Below are positions 7,580 through 10,922 of a stretch of DNA of 10,922 nucleotides, in pieces. This stretch comes from Candidatus Heimdallarchaeota archaeon (GTDB lineage Archaea; Asgardarchaeota; Heimdallarchaeia; Heimdallarchaeales; Kariarchaeaceae): NCBI GenBank assembly GCA_015523565.1, contig WAKA01000057.1, positions 1 to 10,922 of the forward strand, read 5' to 3'. A program made the position numbers and the translations under genes. The first letter of the stretch is position 1. The number at the start of each line of letters is the position of its first letter. The notes beneath the pieces are model-generated. The model made no database searches. It was not told the origin of the DNA and saw only the letters and a list, made by a program, of their open reading frames with translations.

Positions 7580-7764
7580 TTGTCTATGAATTTTTTTTGA
7601 TGAACGTCTAGTCTTTAGAATGGTTTAACCATCCAATGGTTTTACAACACACGGCAGAAATGGACAATTCGGCAGATAGAGAAAAGGCGGGAAAGATAAA
7701 TCTGTTCAAAGACAAATTGACCAACCATAGGGAAGAACAATACGCTACAGAGGATAAAAGCAGA

Positions 7765-8682
7765 TTATTGTTTCAGGAACCTATTGACAAATTCATCATC
7801 CAAAAAACCAAGCATGGGATAGTACTTGATTATGTTTATCATGTTCGGATTTTCTTTCAGCGATTTTTTGACTGATTCCGTGGCTGCCTCAGTCATGCCA
7901 AGGGAATATTGGAAAGTGGCAAGATTCAGCCAAAGTTCATCTTTTTTGCCTTTGTAGTGTTCTATGCTCTCCTTCATTTTCAGAATTGCTTTGTCAGCAT
8001 TTAGTGTTCCAGAAGACACTTGACGTTGGATGTGGATGAGAGTATCTGAAACCTCCACAATCTCAAGGAGCCTTGCCAGTTCATTGACAGGGGTTGGGTG
8101 ATCCTCAACGCGCAGGTCAATCTTCCGGTCTCCATATCCAGCCCTTCCCTCTCCTTTCTTTTCGACGACAAGCGCGGCACTTTGCTTCCCCCTGGCATCA
8201 CCACCTGCCTTCTGTCCTGCTATAAGAGCATTGACCATCCTTTTGGCGAGGGATCCGCCAGTATTCAGGAAAGTTTCTTCCATTGCAACTATGACCCCTT
8301 CACCGACCAGTATGTTTCCCTGAACTGCGTAATTTTTTCCAGACCTTCCGCCAGCCCAAGGGATGCAACTTTCCCCTGTGAATGACGTTGACCTTCCCTC
8401 TGCATCCACGATACCAAGTTGACGAAGGTCAAGCCGTGAGTCAATTGTTTTGAATTCCTCAATGACCTCTTCAGGAGCCAGTCCATTTTCAAGAAGCTGG
8501 AGACCTTCAGAACCGAGAGCCACGTTGACCAATGATTGGGTGGCAACTGCACCAATTCCTGCTTTGACCCAAGGGACGAGCGAACCGACACTAAATGCCT
8601 TGGAGGTGACAGCTACACCGATTTCTTCACTTTCAGGGTCATATGCAACGATAGAGAAGGTTGAAAGCAATTCCTTTTTCAT
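7765..8682 (-). CDS. DUF1028 family Ntn-hydrolase-like protein with C-terminal TPR-like helix pair
   Basis: TFSIVAYDP...GVAV.S...VG..VPW..AG.GAVATQ, RQLGIVDA.G, QGNIL, AGQ.AGGD.RGKQSAAL and DLRVEDH..PV.EL.RL are the DUF1028 signature. The C-terminal LWLNLATFQYSLGMTEAATESVKKSLKENP is TPR-like. Confidence 0.9.
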   Translation of the reverse strand: MKKELLSTFSIVAYDPESEEIGVAVTSKAFSVGSLVPWVKAGIGAVATQSLVNVALGSEGLQLLENGLAPEEVIEEFKTIDSRLDLRQLGIVDAEGRSTSFTGESCIPWAGGRSGKNYAVQGNILVGEGVIVAMEETFLNTGGSLAKRMVNALIAGQKAGGDARGKQSAALVVEKKGEGRAGYGDRKIDLRVEDHPTPVNELARLLEIVEVSDTLIHIQRQVSSGTLNADKAILKMKESIEHYKGKKDELWLNLATFQYSLGMTEAATESVKKSLKENPNMINIIKYYPMLGFLDDEFVNRFLKQ

Positions 8683-8732
8683 CAGAATGCAGTAAACGAA
8701 GTAAACATTTAATATTATGCTCAGGGGAAACT

Positions 8733-9047
8733 CTAAAAATCTAGTTCACCCACGACTTCAGGACTACTTTCCTCACTTTTTTCCTCCCCATTCACCTCGT
8801 CTATTTTCTCGAACAGTTCGGGAAGTTTTTCATTGGTAAAAACCTCATAAAATGCCTTGAATTGGTTGAGGGTTGTTAAGAACAAGCCTTTTCGTTTGCC
8901 TGCCGCATTGATCTCAATTGCAAGCTTAGCGGGGAAACGTCCCTTTGCAGGCATTTTCACAACGAAGACTCCTTCAATGGGGGTTTTCAGCTTTTCCCAG
9001 TCTTTTGCATTTTCCAGATGATTTTCCAATGCTTCTTTCAAATCCAT
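8733..9047 (-). CDS. Small conserved-looking archaeal protein, possibly PC4-like nucleic-acid binding
   Basis: 104 aa with a TATA-like TTTAAAT about 27 bp upstream. It contains DWEK..T.I.GVFVVK.P...LAIEIN...KRKGLFL and an acidic tail. Function is inferred only. Confidence 0.7.
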   Translation of the reverse strand: MDLKEALENHLENAKDWEKLKTPIEGVFVVKMPAKGRFPAKLAIEINAAGKRKGLFLTTLNQFKAFYEVFTNEKLPELFEKIDEVNGEEKSEESSPEVVGELDF

Positions 9048-9054
9048 AATATGG

Positions 9055-9072
9055 AATCATCATTTGATGATT
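9055..9072. promoter_or_regulatory. Palindromic putative operator
   Basis: AATCATCA-TT-TGATGATT lies between the TATA box (9071-9077) and the ATG (9047) of the 104-aa gene. Confidence 0.5.
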
Positions 9073-9094
9073 TAAATTCATGGATGCCAATTCA

Positions 9095-9418
9095 TCAGGT
9101 TTCAACCTGATTTCGAAGGATTTTGTCAACTTTCATCAGTGTTGGACCATGTATACCATATTTTCGGAATAGTTGATCCTTGAATTTAAGCAGGATACAT
9201 TTTTGCACAGTACTGCATTCTTCAGGCTTAAGCACCTGACCTTTGGAGCAATGGAGCTGGGGGATATGATGGCATTTGGGAAAGCCACTGGGGGGTGACA
9301 TATTATAGTACAATTCCAAATCGTTTGCCTTGAAATGTGCCTGCTGATGATAGCCCGTCAATGTCATTGTGCAGGATTCGCATTCCTCGCCTAAAAATGT
9401 ATTTCTAGGTTCAAACAT
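9095..9418 (-). CDS. Small Cys/His-rich hypothetical protein (putative metal binding)
   Basis: 107-aa ORF filling the gap between genes with no competing ORF. Motifs: C-x2-C-x7-H-x3-H and C-x7-C-x10-C-x5-C. Confidence 0.6.
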   Translation of the reverse strand: MFEPRNTFLGEECESCTMTLTGYHQQAHFKANDLELYYNMSPPSGFPKCHHIPQLHCSKGQVLKPEECSTVQKCILLKFKDQLFRKYGIHGPTLMKVDKILRNQVET

Positions 9419-9495
9419 ATAGCCGAAGAAGGGAGAACCAATATTTCTTTATTTCATCAGATATTTTTTTATATTACAAACCTTCCAATAACATA

Positions 9496-10656
9496 TTGAC
9501 AAGTGTGGATGATGTAATTGCACTGTTAAGGATGGCCGTACCAGGAAAGGCATATGAGTTTGATTATGGAATGGGAAACACTAGGAAACTGCACCATTAT
9601 TATTTGACAACAAATCCAACGGACTTTGTGGAGATATTAGAGACATACAACAACGGAATCCAGATTTCCTGTCCATTTTCTAATAAAGAACTCCTACTTG
9701 CATTTGCAGATATATCCAATGTCCATGACGACGTAGTCTTCAAGAAACTGGAAATAAGTTTCTCCCATCTCGATCCATTTGTAAAGGCACTGAAAAGATT
9801 TGATGCATTTGAATCAGTCAGGTTAATTAGCAGCAATCCAATTCGCCCAAAAGACGATTGGCTTCCGTTTATACGTTCATTGAAAAAGCTTGAAGTCTCC
9901 CTGAATTTAATCAAGCTACCGGAATGGATATTGGGATTGACAAACCTTCAAAGCCTTAACTTAGGCGGAAATTCCATTTCACGCCTCCCTGAGGAAATTG
10001 CAAAATTAAACTCATTGGAAGAACTTTGGCTTTACTCAAATAAACTTGTTGCCTTACCAGAGACCATAGGCGAACTGACAAACCTGAAAGGTCTGAATGC
10101 CGCGGACAACCGACTAAAATCAATTCCAGAAAGCATTGGCAATCTTTCAAATTTGGAAATCCTTGATTTTGAGGAAAACTGCCTGGAACAATTGCCAGAA
10201 ACGATTGCAAATCTCAAATCCCTAAAAAGACTTAAGTTGGGAAAGAATGCCATTAAAACGGTACCTGATGCAATACAACACCTTAAGCTGGACACACTGG
10301 ATTTAAGGGAAAACGAAATTGAGGAGCTTCCAGCTTGGATCGGCTCCCTACCCCTTAAAAATTTGATGCTTTCCTCAAACAAGATCAAAAAGTTACCAGA
10401 CACCATAGGAAACCTGAAATTGCTGGAACAATTAAACCTACATGAAAATCAATTGAATGAGTTGCCAGATACCATAGGAAATCTGAAATCGCTGGAAGAT
10501 TTGGATCTAAGTGAAAACCGGCTGAGTGACATCCCAAGATCCATTACCGAATTGGATAGCTTGAAAACACTGGACATTTCTTATAATAAAATACAGAAAT
10601 TGCCATCGTGGATGAAAAACTTTAAGCGGAAAGTAGATGTTTATTGGAATGCCTGA
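9496..10656 (+). CDS. Leucine-rich repeat protein (about 10 canonical 22-23-aa repeats)
   Basis: Repeats of LxxLxLxxNxLxxLPxxIGxL from LQSLNLGGN to LKTLDISYN. The start codon is uncertain (TTG 9496, GTG 9505 or ATG 9532). Confidence 0.92.
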   Translation: MTSVDDVIALLRMAVPGKAYEFDYGMGNTRKLHHYYLTTNPTDFVEILETYNNGIQISCPFSNKELLLAFADISNVHDDVVFKKLEISFSHLDPFVKALKRFDAFESVRLISSNPIRPKDDWLPFIRSLKKLEVSLNLIKLPEWILGLTNLQSLNLGGNSISRLPEEIAKLNSLEELWLYSNKLVALPETIGELTNLKGLNAADNRLKSIPESIGNLSNLEILDFEENCLEQLPETIANLKSLKRLKLGKNAIKTVPDAIQHLKLDTLDLRENEIEELPAWIGSLPLKNLMLSSNKIKKLPDTIGNLKLLEQLNLHENQLNELPDTIGNLKSLEDLDLSENRLSDIPRSITELDSLKTLDISYNKIQKLPSWMKNFKRKVDVYWNA

Positions 10657-10712
10657 AACTTGGAATACCTGAAACTTGGAATACCTGAAACTTGGAATAC
10701 CTGAAACTTGGA
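10644..10712 (+). repeat. 16-bp tandem repeat, 4.3 copies
   Basis: TTGGAATRCCTGAAAC at 10644, 10660, 10676 and 10692, plus partial TTGGA at 10708. The first copy contains the LRR gene stop codon. Confidence 0.95.
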
Positions 10713-10777
10713 CAATAAGATTGAATTAAGCAGATTCATTTTAAGGGATTAGATGTCACCTTACTGAAAAAATGCCT

Positions 10778-10922
10778 TCATTTCCGCAAAACCCATAGGA
10801 CGGTTCGTCCGCCCTCGGGGGAAACTGGTTCGAGTCCATAACCGGAATAGACTTCCTCAATCTTGAAACCTGTATCAGTTAACAAAGATCGCATCTCCTC
10901 AAAAGTATACATGAACAAGGGG
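10778..10922 (-). CDS. 3' end of a probable class I SAM-dependent methyltransferase (truncated by the window edge)
   Basis: My translation of the - strand from 10921 is PLFMYTFEEMRSLLTDTGFKIEEVYSGYGLEPVSPEGGRTVLWVLRK*, which matches the typical methyltransferase C-terminus Y..eE...LL...GF.i..vy.......r.....rK. Not in the ORF track. Confidence 0.7.
   Translation of the reverse strand, partial: PLFMYTFEEMRSLLTDTGFKIEEVYSGYGLEPVSPEGGRTVLWVLRK

Noticed and set aside
7636-7875. 79-aa + strand ORF
   Set aside because: It overlaps the DUF1028 3' end antisense and has no recognisable motif or RBS; probably spurious, though not excluded.
2068-10406. Numerous 60-132 aa ORFs nested in or antisense to the main genes (e.g. 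4019-4417, 6225-7270 set, 8001-8695 set, 9600-10406 set)
   Set aside because: They are shadow or alternative frames of well-supported CDSs. The repetitive NIH/NIL content of 4019-4417 and 4935-5192 is just the shifted QYP repeat.
10654-10656. Selenocysteine recoding of the LRR TGA
   Set aside because: Readthrough adds only about 15 residues from the tandem repeat, with no redox motif and no evident SECIS-like hairpin.
10644-10712. CRISPR array (unit ends in TGAAAC like many CRISPR repeats)
   Set aside because: The units are 16 bp, directly abutting with no spacers, and there are no cas genes in the window.
10795-10850. tRNA-like GGTTCGAGTCC and small GC hairpins
   Set aside because: No complete T stem, acceptor stem or cloverleaf. 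The region is explained by the methyltransferase ORF on the - strand.

Overview
A gene-dense, AT-rich, intron-free prokaryotic segment, almost certainly from an Asgard archaeon. It carries a full-length eukaryote-like actin of the conserved Lokiactin type (6188-7324, -) with an archaeal BRE/TATA promoter and GAGGTGA Shine-Dalgarno site. Directly downstream of actin is a tail-to-tail pair of membrane proteins (4003-4662 +, 4666-5988 -) that share a module: zinc ribbon, Q-Y-P low-complexity repeats, then a transmembrane hairpin. One ends in a TM2 domain and the other in a Cys-rich tail. Other genes encode a TSP3-like Ca-binding membrane protein, two LRR proteins, a 649-aa type IV pilin-like surface protein, a DUF1028 Ntn-hydrolase/TPR protein, a small possibly PC4-like protein, a small Cys/His protein and the 3' end of a SAM-dependent methyltransferase. 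Notable non-coding structure includes a motif-rich 440-bp region upstream of actin with a 5'-UTR hairpin, two 8-2-8 palindromes near 9055-9111, and a 16-bp tandem repeat over the stop codon of the LRR gene. No rRNA, tRNA, CRISPR array or transposase was found. All calls come from reading motifs by eye; no database searches were run.
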